From the NCBI RefSeq assembly GCF_006345805.1, contig NC_043002.1, positions 116,560,001-116,624,000 of the forward strand: a stretch of DNA of 64,000 nucleotides, read 5' to 3'. Both the position numbers and the translations under genes were made by a program. Every line of letters starts with the position of its first letter. The stretch's first letter is position 1. Positions 12,563-25,699 of this stretch are shown one piece after another. A model generated the notes under the pieces. It had not been told where the DNA came from and did not search any database. It was given only the letters and a program-made list of their open reading frames with translations. This DNA comes from Octopus sinensis. Lineage: Eukaryota.

Positions 12563-13738
12563 TATATATTCCTACGTGGATACCCCCTCACCACTATCCA
12601 CACCGCCCTTGCCAGAGCACGTTCTGTAGACCGTGCATCTACTCTCTCCCCCCGAACCCGCCTTGCAGTCTCACGCTTCCCTTTTCCCCTCACTTACCAC
12701 CCCACCACTAACGCACAATTCTTCGAGCTTACCACCCCACCATCAACGCACCATTCTTCGAGCTTTCCGGCATCTCCAGTCCAACCCGTCCACTTCACAC
12801 CTCTTCCCTAACCGACCCCTCCCCTCCTTCAAACGAGCCCATAACCTACGAGACCTCTTGGTCCACAGCTTCTTCTCTGACCCTACCTCCCAACCTGGCT
12901 CGTTCGCTTGCTCCCGCCCACGTTGCCGCACTTGCCCTTGCCTCTCCAACACCACCCTCCTCACCGGCACCCATCATCGACTCCTTCACCTGCACCTCCA
13001 GCAATATCATCTATTGCATCTCCTGCTCTCTCTGCCATTCCCTGTACATCGGACAAACGGGACGCCGCTTGGCTGACCGGTTCGCGGAACACCTCCGAGA
13101 CATCCGCCTCGCCAATGACACCCCAGTCTCACGCCATTTCCGCTCCACCCGTCACTCCTTGCAACACCTGTCTATGTTCGGAACAGGGATTAATCATCTC
13201 TCTTCGCTCTTTCACGCCATTTGGGCTCAACTCTCCCCATTTTCATCTAACCTCCCCCCGACTCCTACTTCTCTTCAGTCCTTTATCTTTTCACCCATAC
13301 TCTCTTTCCCTCCTCTTCCCTTCTTTCCCTTTTCCCCCTTCTTCTTTCTTCTTCCCTCTCCCCCTTCTCTCTTTCTCTCTGCTCCCTCACGTCCAGACCA
13401 CCAGCCCGCCTTCACACGCACATACATACTCTCTTATACACACACGCACCTTCGTGTTGGGGCGAAGTCACTTGACTCTGTTATCTCCCCTACTATCCCT
13501 CTAGCGTCTAACGTCTGACCTCTGACCTCTGAAGTCAGAACGCCATGATGGACCGTTAGCTCCTACACGCATTTTTATCTCTCCTTGTTTTTTTTCTGTG
13601 TATCTTTCTGTCGAAGAGCGTAGGCTCGAAACGTAAAATACTTTTTCTATTTCTATTCCCGAGCGCCATACTAATACATTTGCTTGCTTTCACTCCACCT
13701 GCCTTCGTCTTATGTTTATTTTCGTAAACCTTCCCATT
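12563..13738 (+). mobile_element. 5'-truncated Penelope-like element: RT thumb/linker, GIY-YIG endonuclease and pLTR
   Basis: Translations LRGYP..TALARA, FPLTYHP, SFKRAHNLRDLLVHS, CSRPRCRTC, then frameshifted FTCTSSNIIYCISCSLCHSLYIGQTGRRLADRFAEHLRDI..PVSRHF; pLTR at ~13545-13738. Confidence 0.9.
13603..13640 (+). ncRNA. HHR-like motif with A6U core change (PLE pLTR family, copy 1)
   Basis: tcttt-CTGTCGA-agagcgtaggctc-GAA-acgt-A-aaata. Confidence 0.5.
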
Positions 13739-13769
13739 TTATATATATATATATTATATATATATATAT

Positions 13770-13825
<56 letters not shown>

Positions 13826-14435
13826 ATATATATATATATTATATATATATATATATAATATATATATATACCCAGGTATCGATTAACCGAATTATCCATA
13901 CTAGGATAATTCATTCACCTACTTAAATATATATATATACAGGAGGCATTTGGAGACACACGTCCACACATGTGGCGATGCATATCCATACATACATGGT
14001 GCATAGTTGCAAAACACAAACACACACACTTAGGCATGCACACACAAGGAGACAGAGGTACACACATACACATACAAACACACACATACACATACATAAA
14101 AACACATAAACATGGAGATGCAGAATACATACATACAAATGTACAGACATAAATAGATACATATGCACACACATGCATACATACATACATACATACATGT
14201 ATAGGCACACACTCACACACACACAAACACACTGATCCACACACATGCGCACAAACAAACAAAAAGGAACGCAGTGGGAGTAACGGACAGAGGCAAAACT
14301 ATTGAAAAGGTTGCAAGACGCAGCGAAAAGAAATAAACGGAAATGTTACCAGTGAGTGTGTTACGTAATAAGGCACCAAAAGAGAATGACTCTCTCCAGA
14401 CACAACAGTATACACACACACACACATATATAGAG

Positions 14436-14822
<387 letters not shown>

Positions 14823-15479
14823 TGCACACATACACATATATACATATACATACAAACAAATACGAACGAATGTTATGTTTACACCTCCACGTAGATTATC
14901 ATATTCCAGTTCTGCTTCTAGTTCACTAGTTCTCTGTAGCTTAATGCAATAAAGTGTCTCCTCCGGCACTGTTTTAGTTTAGCACCCAACTGCGTTTGGA
15001 ACACTCAATGCGGGGTTCCAAGCAAGCATAGTGTCGAAACGTACGTAGGAACTAATAATATAAGCTAGTGTTTATCTTAATCTTTTCAACACACACAGAT
15101 ACACAGGCACACACACACACACACACATACACACACACATGCGATATCTGAGAAGTAAAATTAGCATCATCTTAAGAGGAGTAAATATTACACATAAGTG
15201 GTAATTTAACAAATATCGAACTGGTATGTGATCAAGTGCGGCTTTTATACACGAATGGTCAGAAATAAGACTCATACATTTCAATTGATAGTACCATTAA
15301 CAAAAGACATTCCTAGCGAGTTTATTGCAAATGGGATGTTGAGGCATCCACTATTTTCTTTTGGCTATTGTTTATCAATGCCATAGGAGTGAGATGTCAA
15401 ATTCAATAACGATATATATGTATTGTTTTATTCCTTTACTGGTTTTAGTCAATCATCGAACTGCGAGCTTATATGTGTG

Positions 15480-15570
<91 letters not shown>

Positions 15571-16504
15571 ATATACATTTGAGAATCCGCCACAGCATGG
15601 TAACAATATATGAGCACATGCAGGTAGGCATATAAAACGCTTGCGGTTTTATGTAGCAAACTACATTGCATATAATAAATGTGGCTGATCTTACATGTCA
15701 AACATCTGAATTTTAGACCCCATTGATGTGTGTTTTTCTGTTTGGAAAACTGGTGTAGGGACGTCATAGCCATGATGTCATGGTATTTATCAAGACCACA
15801 GAAATATTGGCAATCTTTTTTTAGGATTAAGAAGGCTATTATTATGAAGAAAGTAAATCTTGATATCAAGAGTCAGTCGACCATGCTAACTGGGCAATAT
15901 AACACTACCACGATGCTAATTGGGTAATATAATGTTTGCATATCACAGATTGGTAACACCATGTAATAGATGTGCTGAGCTCAGTCTCTTCTTTCTTTTT
16001 ATCTCCATAAAAAGACATTTTTGAAATGTCAAAGTATGAAATGCAAGATAAAGATGTAAACCTTTGTTCTTCATTTCCTTTTGTTATCCTACATTGTCAT
16101 CTTGTACTAGTCTCCCTGAACACTTGCAACTCATTTGGACAATGCTTCATATGGAGTTTACTACCTCAATACTTGCAGGAAAGCCTTCTTTTTTCTGTCG
16201 AGGGCTTATATGCCCCTTTATTAGACTCTTTTCCTTAGTCATTGCACGGTGATCGCCAAAAGCTTATATGAAAATACCATTATTATAATTTACAGGATTT
16301 AAGGCAGCGAGCTGGCAGAAACGTGCCCTGTGGGCAATAAAGAAATAATTATTTACAGGATTGTAAAAATGGCGCCGTATAAAAAAAAACCATTCGCACC
16401 GAAAGCATATATATATATAAATGTTTGTATATGTATATTTGCATGTATGTATACTTAGACATATACATATATGTATATCTATATGTATGCGCTCGCGCGT
16501 GTGT

Positions 16505-17015
16505 TTGTCTTTTATCCTGTACTTGCTTCAGCCAGTGGACTACAGCCATGTTGGGACAAATCGCTTTTAAGAGGCCTAAATGGATCGATCCCAGTGCTTA
16601 TTTTTAAAATCTGGTAATTATTCGATTTGTCTTTTGCCGAATCGCTAACTTACGGGGATGTAAACAGGTAAACCTCGGTCGTCAAGCGGCGGGTGAGCAC
16701 TCAAAAGCACACACACACACACACACAAAGCCAGTTTGCCGAAAGTCCCAACCAGTGGAACGAACTCGTGACCATGTGGCTGGGAAGCAAACCTCAAATC
16801 ACACAGCTATGCCTGCACCTAATGTATATATATTCTTTTATTCTTTTACTTGTTTCAGTCATTTGACTGTCGCCACACTGGAGTACCGCCTTTAGTCGAG
16901 CAATCGACCCCGGGACTTATTCTTTGTAAGCCTAGTACTTATTCTATCTGTCCGTAAGTTACGGGGGCGTAAACATACCAGCATCAGTGTCAAGCGATGG
17001 TGGGGGAACAAACAG
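16505..17015 (-). mobile_element. Two adjacent SINE family A copies (diverged near-full 16505-16820; 3' half 16835-17015)
   Basis: Reverse-complement matches to the 53377-53800 head, body and tail. Confidence 0.75.
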
Positions 17016-18589
17016 TAACACAAATACATCTATTTTTTTTTTTAATATTAAATTGTAATGCACCAACATTTTACACAAGTGGATCATAATCTTCGCACTG
17101 AACTGCTGAACTGGAAGGCGAAATACCTCATTAACTGGTAAATGAGTCATTTTATAGAATATATAACAGACAATACTATGTACAATAATGTATCGATATA
17201 TAATCTGTCAATCCAATTTCTAAAGGTAAAACTGATTCGGCTTCATTTAACGCAAGATCCTGAAGGTCATCTCTGTCAGATGATCTTTACTGATGGAACT
17301 TGGTGTAAGCCCTACTAGGGTCAGATGTAATTCCTCAATCCTGTAGAACACATTCTATGAATTGTGGCATTCTTGGTTAGATCTTCACTGAATGACACTA
17401 TTTAATGAACCAAAATCTTAACGGGATCCTTGGCTGAAACTTTAATTTAGGATGAGGCAACGTGTTCACGTTTTTCATCTCAACTATTGGAATCCTCTCA
17501 AGTGTCTACCGTTTCGCTCCACATTCATTAGGAAGGAAGAAGTCTGTCAAGCTTCTATATAATTAATAAACACATCCAGTCCGCTATCACCCCTCTCAAA
17601 GTAGTTTACTGTATTCTGCAGTTTAGATGAGGTAATTGCTCATACGAACCGATTCATCCCTGTCGCTTAAAAGTATTGACTGTGTTTTAAAATTTTCACT
17701 CTAAGATAATCGTAAGACATATTGGACAATATAGTACTAGATATACAAAATAAAGAGTCACAACTTCAATGCCTTTGATTATAGGGCTATTCATTCAGGT
17801 TAAGCAACAACAACAACAACAACACATCTCAACCCGATAGAAAGATTGATGCTGGAAAAATTTGATCCTGCACAACCGATTTATGGTAACATCGAATGTC
17901 CTTAATAGACGTAACAAGCCTCTCGGCCGTTGTTGTTGTTGCTATGTTTTGTTGTTGACGGCGTTATTGCTGCGTTGTTTTGTTGATTCTTTTGTCAACA
18001 TTTGTAAAGCGGAAAGCAATTCAATTGGCTTTGGCTTTGCTTTCTCCTTCTTATCCAAATAAGAAGGAACCTTCCAATGTTATCAAGTAATATTTCTTAC
18101 TCGTTCTGCTATGAGAGAGAGAGAGAGAGAGAATAAAGAAAGAAAAAAACCTCTCAACGTGAAGATATATAACACTTCAACTTTACTCTCCTTCCTCCTC
18201 CACGATATGTCATCAATAAAGAAAAAGACAAAACAAAGCAAAATTCGCCAAGTGTAATTTATCACTGTCAAATATATCTTGCTATGAAGTGAAAGGCGCG
18301 TCGTTAATTTGCTTTTGAATTCTAATGTAAAAGAACAAAAAAATAAAATAAGAAGAAAAGTGGTGCCCCAGTATGACCGCAGTCTGATCGATAACTGAAA
18401 CCACCAAAAGAATACAAAAATAAATACATTCTTTTATTAAATGTTCCGTAAAGCAGATAAATATTTACATCTAATTTTAGAAACGTATTTTCCTGCTGAA
18501 GGAAACATTTCAAGATTCCCATCACGAGGTTAGTTGTTTCTATTTCATTGCCAAATTAGAATTTATAAGAGTTCATGTCTATCTGTCTG

Positions 18590-18605
18590 TCTGCCTATCT
18601 GTCTG

Positions 18606-18683
<78 letters not shown>

Positions 18684-18701
18684 AATCTATCTATCTGTCT
18701 G

Positions 18702-18787
<86 letters not shown>

Positions 18788-18788
18788 A

Positions 18789-18851
<63 letters not shown>

Positions 18852-18890
18852 AATTTGTCTGTCTATCTATCTGACTGTCTGTCTATCTAT
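18590..18890 (+). repeat. (CTAT)n/(CTGT)n microsatellite
   Basis: Direct reading. Confidence 0.97.
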
Positions 18891-19311
18891 TGTTAAATAC
18901 TCGCGCACACACATACATGTATGTTTGTTTCAAACGTTGACTCACCATAAATACAAAAGTTTATTTTGGAATTTATGGAAGCAACTGTCTTCGAAAACTC
19001 ATATTGTCGTTGAATGCTGGACATGAGGAGTAGATAGACAACCGACAACTGATGAATACTCGTTCTCCGTGTTACTTGTCCTGCTTTTCATTTTTTCTCT
19101 CGATGTTTGCGTATTTAACTGGTTTGTTTTCGTACGTCTTGTTGTTTACACAGTTGGTGACGTCCTGTACCCATATCTGCATATGTATACACACACACAC
19201 ACACACATATATTATTATTATTATTATTATTATTAATATTATTATTAATATTATTATTATTATTTGATTGAATGCCACGCATCCACTTCCAGTTTATGTA
19301 TATATTGTAGG

Positions 19312-19520
19312 ACGCCATGATAGATCGTTAGCTCATACACGCATTTTTTTCTCTCCTTCTTTTTCTCTTGTTTCTCTCCTTGTTTTTTTCTGTGTATCTT
19401 TCTGTCGAAGAGCGTAGGCTCGAAACGTAAAAGACTTTTTCTATTCCTGAGCGCCATACTAATACATTTGCTTGTTTGTACTCCACCTGCCTTCATCTTT
19501 CGTTTATTTTCGTAAACTTT

Positions 19521-19523
<3 letters not shown>
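19312..19523 (+). mobile_element. Solo PLE pLTR, same family as 13545-13738
   Basis: Near-identical gccatgat..cgttagctc..ctgtcgaagagcgtaggctcgaaacgtaaa..cgtaaac. Confidence 0.85.
19397..19434 (+). ncRNA. HHR-like motif with A6U core change (copy 2)
   Basis: tcttt-CTGTCGA-agagcgtaggctc-GAA-acgt-A-aaaga; stem I fully paired. Confidence 0.55.
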
Positions 19524-19577
<54 letters not shown>

Positions 19578-19580
19578 TAT

Positions 19581-19643
<63 letters not shown>

Positions 19644-19777
19644 ATATATATAAAGATATATATATATATGTATACATGGAAATATATACATATATATATG
19701 TGTGTAGGTCCCGGGTTGAGTCGGGGTTGACCACAGTAAATAAGGTACTCAATACATAGCAGAGTAAATAAATCAGT

Positions 19778-19826
19778 GCTTCCTGATGATTTCTTTTGAA
19801 TGAAACAGTTCTAGTCCTGTAGAAGC
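19778..19826 (+). ncRNA. Type I hammerhead ribozyme motif, intact core
   Basis: gcttc-CTGATGA-tttcttttgaat-GAA-acagttctagtcctgt-A-gaagc; stem I 5 bp, stem II ttc/gaa, stem III acag/ctgt, GUA triplet. Confidence 0.8.
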
Positions 19827-19831
19827 TCCTT

Positions 19832-19867
<36 letters not shown>

Positions 19868-20411
19868 CAGGGTCAGGCAAAATGATCTGACACATTTGTA
19901 GGTTAAATAAAAGGCATTGTTTTTCGTTTCTTTTTCAGTTGCTGCCATGAATTGGACTGGTGAGCATCGCGCTTTCATTGTGGAAACGTTTATCAAAACA
20001 AACGATTCTGTAACTGCAACACAAAGAGCGTTCCGTTTGCACTTCAATCTTGGTAGACATGATCCCGTACCAGCTCGAAACACGATCTTGTTTATGGGTT
20101 ACCAACTTCATAGTTACTGGATCTGCTTTGAAACGAAAATCAATCCATTGAACAACTTAAAGATGCAATTCGTCAAGAAATTACTGCCATTCCACCTGAA
20201 ATGACCCGCCGAGTTATTGACAACTTTCGTGAACGACTTCGACAGTGTGTGGACGATAATTGATCCCATTTGACTGATTTAATTTTTAAAACATAATGAA
20301 ACAAAATGGCATTATATGTACTTTTCAAAAATAAAAACACTTTTTTGTTTCTTTACTTCATTTGCCTTTTATTTAACCTACAAATGTGTCAGATCATTTT
20401 GCCTGACCCTG
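19868..20411 (+). mobile_element. Internally deleted Tc1/mariner-superfamily element with perfect 49-bp TIRs and TA TSD
   Basis: TIR cagggtcaggcaaaatgatctgacacatttgtaggttaaataaaaggca at both ends, TA flanks; residual transposase N-terminus MNWTGEHRAFIVETF..TQRAFRLHF and C-terminus LKDAIRQEITAIPPEM. Confidence 0.92.
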
Positions 20412-20456
20412 TACATATATATATATACATATATATATACATATATACATATATAC

Positions 20457-20551
<95 letters not shown>

Positions 20552-20553
<2 letters not shown>

Positions 20554-20720
20554 CTTTTAGTTGTTTCAGTCAATTGACTGCGGCCATGCTGGAGCACTGG
20601 ACTTATTCTTTGTAAGCGTAGTACTTATTCTATCGGTCTTTGCCGAACCGCTAAGTTACGGTGAAGTTAAAACATCAACATCGGTTCTCAAACGATGGTG
20701 GGAGACAAACACAGACACAC
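20552..20720 (-). mobile_element. SINE family A, 3' half
   Basis: tttcagtcaattgactgcggccatgctggagcac..ccgaaccgctaagttacgg. Confidence 0.8.
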
Positions 20721-20756
20721 AAACACATACATGCATACATACATACATACATACAT

Positions 20757-20793
<37 letters not shown>

Positions 20794-20999
20794 TACATAC
20801 ATACATACATACATACATACATACATACATACATACATACATACATACATGGTGGCTGCCCCCTCGTTATCGAGTATGGCCATTGCACGAAGCTTGATCA
20901 ATGTTGTTATCGTGTAATGCCTGTGCAAGAAGATTTTTTTTAAAGTGAGGAAAGGTTGTGCACTGAGTCAATCCCACTCACTAAGCAACAGCAGCCATA

Positions 21000-21400
21000 A
21001 TCCTGAAAGGAGAACAAGTCAACATCATCGGTAACCACTGAGCCGCAGGTTTTATGTCGGAGCTATCCCAGTTACCTGAGTTACCCTCTCCTAGAAGGAT
21101 GCCCGAACGAAGGCTAGGAGTCCTTCACTCCCAATGGTTTAACCGCGCGATCGGGTATTCAGTCCGATTATTTCTATGTCCCCGCGCATGATACATCCTT
21201 AAGACATTTATTGGATGGCCGTTGACTCTCAAGAGTTCCTCCGCCCTTTGACGGGTTTTATTTTTCATCCCGCAGGGTGTCCAATAAACACCCTCCTCAC
21301 CAAGCAAGCTTGGTGGGGTTGCCGGTTTAGTTGCCGACCACCCGACCATGCAACAAGTTGTACTGGGTTACATGTTCCCAGTAGCACTCGAAAGTGACCT
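21000..21400 (-). mobile_element. 5' UTR-like fragment of an RTE-clade LINE
   Basis: Reverse strand ggcatccttctaggagagggtaactc..aaaacctgcggc resembles RTE 5' regions as I recall them; several stable hairpins; no ORF. Confidence 0.4.
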
Positions 21401-21469
21401 GACATACATACATACATACATAATACATACATACATACACACATACATACATACATACATACATACATG

Positions 21470-21503
<34 letters not shown>

Positions 21504-21628
21504 TATATATTATATATATATATATATATACACACACACAGAGAAACATATATGTGCGTGTGTATGGTGCAATGTGCGTATGTTTCTATATATGTATACA
21601 TGTGCTTATACATATATGTGAATATATG

Positions 21629-21691
<63 letters not shown>

Positions 21692-22543
21692 ATATATACA
21701 TATACATATATGTATGTGTGAGGGTATTTAGCGATAGGCATATATATATATACATATATATATAGACAGACAGTCAAACGTATATATCTTAGGACATACA
21801 CATACACACATTACACTTTACATCCGATAGGATATACATACCTATATATAATAAAAAATTATAATAAACTCCAGGATTCCTAAGATAGCCACAAAGTAAC
21901 GCATTTTGGGAGAGACTGTTACTTCTGAATATCGTTCTATAGATATTAAAACCTGCACGATCATGACATTGACCGCAAATTTTCACAGAAACATGACATT
22001 GAATCTATCTTGTAAGAAAAGTGAGCGAGAGGTTGAAGTTCAGTACATAAGGCGTTTGAGTGCTGTAAAATATTGTCTAGACAGTATTTGATAAACAAAA
22101 CCACCATAAACAACGGCATCTATTTAGTGACTAACATCCTGTGTGTAGGTAGGGAAGATCTCATGAAACACTTTCTGATGAACTCTCAATCGAACCCAGA
22201 AGAGCTGGGGTAGAACATCTCAAGAAAAACCGTAAGAGAAGCACACTGCAAATTACAGAAAGGGTTATGTAAGAGTATCTTTCCCACAAACTTGAAAAGG
22301 ACTCTCTTGGACTCGTGACATCTACATCATGTCACATCCGAAGGTTGCGCTTGCAATCCAAGAACAAAAAATCTCCTAAAAAAAGAAACAGTGAAGCCCT
22401 TAGCATCAAATGATGTAACCGCAAATGCCGATGATGGCACTTCTCTTTGGAGGATATAACAATATAATCATCAGAGTATTACCTCCCACCGCGACATGGT
22501 GTTCCTAAAACAACAGAGAAAAGGCTGCTCTGGGATAAATATA

Positions 22544-23149
22544 CAGTGTTTCAAAGAATTTGGTGTCATTTGAGATGTAAATATCACAGAAACTCATAGT
22601 CAAAGAGAATGAAACTAAACAGGCTTAATGTTGAGCAACATAAGATTTATTCCTCCAAATTTGAGTAAGAAATTATTCAACGGTGTGTGGATTCCATGAA
22701 GGACTTCACAAATGTTCAATATGCGCACCGACTGAGACATGGTATACGTCAAATTGGTAGTCCAGCTCCTCCCAAACACGCTGCAGCATATCTTGGGTAA
22801 CAGTCTCCAGTGCGGAAGAGGTGGGATTTAGACCAGGCCCTTCACATAGCCCCTGTTTGCACTTCCGCTTGTCATCTGCCGTTATGGCATGAACTAGATG
22901 CAGCTTGTAGTGTTTCATTAGCGAGCGTTTCCTCAGAACGTGCCAAATTGTCTTCTGAGGAATCTAAGTTCCCAGACTCGTTCTTCTTATGAACTTCTTA
23001 TGAACTTCTTGCCATTTCTATACCTGGAAGGATAAACATATCAAACATTTTAGACCTGTTTCTACACATGCTGTTAAAATTTGAACTCATTTGAACAAGA
23101 ACTGGGAAACTTATTACATTGCAAAATGATATCAATTTTTTTAAACACT
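22544..23149 (-). mobile_element. Internally deleted Tc1/mariner-superfamily relic
   Basis: Degenerate TIRs cagtgtttcaaagaatttggtgtcattt / tagtgtttaaaaaaattgatatcattt; fragments YKLHLVHAIT..DKRK and VTQDMLQRVWEELDY..GAHIEHL*. Confidence 0.8.
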
Positions 23150-23152
23150 ATA

Positions 23153-23187
<35 letters not shown>

Positions 23188-23225
23188 ACAAAGTGGAGTT
23201 GTAAGGTACCGCACGAGTGGAATTA

Positions 23226-23921
23226 TATATGAAAGAAGGTTTGAAAATGCAATTTTAAAAGATGTTTATTTACTTGACCGGTTTCACTTTTTTAGAAAAA
23301 GATTGTCAAAAGTAACAGGTAAAAGCTTTGTTGTGTTAGGTACAGGTTGTCACAAAATATTACGATATATACATTCTTTGATAGTAATAAGAACATGTTA
23401 AAAACAGTTTACAAGGGAAAATCTTGGGAAAATATAAAAAAAGTTTAACAAGTTCATTAAAATATTGGACACAAAAGATTACAATATATATATACAAAAG
23501 ATTACAATATATGTATATATAATTATAAGTTCAAAAAGGTTACATTTTAGTAGTATAGTTTTAACTGACCTGATTCACCATATTATCGTAATAATATGGT
23601 GAATCAGGTCAGTTAAAACTATACTACTAAAATGTAACCTTTTTGAACTTATAATTATATATACATATATTGTAATCTTTTGTATATATATATTGTAATC
23701 TTTTGTGCCCAATATTTTAATGAACTTTTTAATATTTTCCCAAGATTTTCCCTTGTAAACTGTTTTTGACATGTTCTTATTATTATCAAAGAATGTATAT
23801 ATGTATAGTAATATTTTGTGACAACCTGTACCTAACACAACTAAGTTTTACATGTTACTTTTGACAATCTTTTTCTAAAAGAGTGAATAAACATCTTTTA
23901 AAATTGCTTTTTCAAACCTTC

Positions 23922-23930
<9 letters not shown>
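23226..23930. repeat. Long foldback, ~350-bp arms, 4-nt loop at 23587-23590; PLE pLTR-derived
   Basis: Centre caccatattat-cgta-ataatatggtg; arms complementary apart from a few substitutions and indels. Confidence 0.92.
23270..23315 (-). ncRNA. Minimal type I HHR, U3-A8 variant
   Basis: ttactt-TTGACAA-tctttttctaaaaaagt-GAA-accggt-C-aagtaa; 6-bp stem I, palindromic stem III, GUC triplet. Confidence 0.75.
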
Positions 23931-23975
<45 letters not shown>

Positions 23976-23977
<2 letters not shown>

Positions 23978-24225
23978 AGGCGCAATGGCCCAGTGGTTAG
24001 GGCAGCGGACTCGCGTTTGTAGTGTTTATTGAGCGAAAACACCTAAAGCTCCATGAGGCTCCGACAGGGGGTGGTAGCGATCCCTGCCGTATTCTTTCGC
24101 CACAACTTTCTCTCACTCTTTCTTCTGTTGGCCTGCTCGCTTAGCCAGCGGGGTGGCGTCATTTGAAGGCTAAAACAATGCGAAGCGCATTGTGACCAGC
24201 GATGTGTAGCAACATCGTGATCACG

Positions 24226-24229
<4 letters not shown>
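23976..24229 (+). mobile_element. tRNA-derived SINE with internal deletion after the A box
   Basis: ggaggcgcaatggcccagtggttagggcagcggactcgcg head; the B-box region is missing. Confidence 0.65.
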
Positions 24230-24280
<51 letters not shown>

Positions 24281-25699
24281 TCTCCGTTAAAGAATACATA
24301 CATATGAACACATGGAATATTGGTGAAATGTTCCTATGAAAAACGTTTGCTAAGTAGAAGCATAACAAACTTAACAGTTATTTGGGACCGAAAAGGCAAA
24401 ACATTTACTATCATAGGAACTAGCGGCCCCTGCAGACGTAAAACATCTCTCCGTAAACCATAAACCAGAAGACAATTTTCTATAGAGAACTGCTTCGAAA
24501 CATGCAACTCCTCTACTCTGATTGTAAATTCACATCTATACCAATAATCATTGATGCATTTGGTTATGTTAATAAATAACTATGTTAATCCATATAACGG
24601 ATTTCCATACTTTTATTTACTCAATTTCACTCACAAGGTATAGATCGAATCGACTAAAATAAGACTTGCCCAGTAGAGTCGAACCCAGAACCTGGCAGTT
24701 GCAGAACAAGCTCCTTAACCATTAGGTCATGTGCGATTTTTACAAAAGTATTGAGATAAGCGTTTCTCTATAGCTTTCGTATAATATGGGAGAGCTATGA
24801 TGTCAAATGCAAGCAAAAGATCCCCCAAAATGTTCAATGCTATTCCCTTCGTAAATGGCTTTACATAAGAGTGACCTTCTAGAAATAAGCTTCACTGAAG
24901 CTAAGGGGTGCCTCATACCCAGTGGTCTTTCAGGACACCGGACACCAATCCAGTATTTCTGAGGGCCCGTGCTGTTGGTAGATATTCATTGATCCTACAC
25001 GAGGTTAATCCATCCTTTCGACAGATTTTGTTTTTAGATAGATAGAGAGATAGATATATGGAAAGAGAGAAAGAGAGAGGGTGAGAGACAGAGGAAGAGA
25101 GAGAAAAAGAGAGGGTGAGACCGAGATCCCGTAACGTAAAACAAACCTACCCATTGATTTTCATGTTATAAAATGAGAATGCATTTTGTCCGATATTTTT
25201 CCGAAAACAAAACCTACAAACAAACAAAATACAATAACAACAGCGGCAACTACTACTGTAAAAACAACAACATCTCTATGTTTATGCATGAAAATAACAA
25301 TTTCTAAGCAAACACAGTACAAAACGTATACATTGAGACAGTAGTAGAGTCGTAGAGTACTTATTAGAGAACAAATAAGAATCGTAATGTTGTAATAGGA
25401 TATGTTCCTTTCAGCAAAGATGCTGGCTATTGTGTGAGGGAATGGTGATGGAGTTTTAGGAACGATATCTGTCTTATTGTTCATCATCAACATCTCGAAG
25501 GGCGAAGAACTTAAACAAAATTGATATTGACAGTGCATCATCTTTTTTCACAGCTCAGTGTAGGAGCTGAGTTCATTGTAAAGTACCCTTGTAATTTTTA
25601 TTTAGCGTTCATGATTAGGGATATTATTAACAATAACCTGCAAACCGTTCTCTATACGTATCAAACTTTTAGCAATATTATTTGCGTACAATTTAAGTG

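Noticed and set aside
15015-15052. HHR relic gttcc-aagcaa..GAA-acgtacgt-A-ggaac
   Set aside because: Stems I and III fit but the CUGANGA core is destroyed; counted only as a relic.
17240-17700. Possible CR1/L2 3' relic on the - strand
   Set aside because: Only a vague resemblance to the RT C-terminal motif.
21000-21400. Possible HDV-like or twister ribozyme in the RTE 5' fragment
   Set aside because: Hairpins are present, but I could not build the nested pseudoknot or the twister consensus.
22171-22227. CTGATGA..GAA-cccag..ctggggt-A motif
   Set aside because: A15.1 is missing and stems I and II are weak; relic at best.
25161-25541. 126-aa hydrophobic ORF on the - strand
   Set aside because: Hydrophobicity comes from (GTT)-rich low-complexity DNA; no domain or splice evidence.
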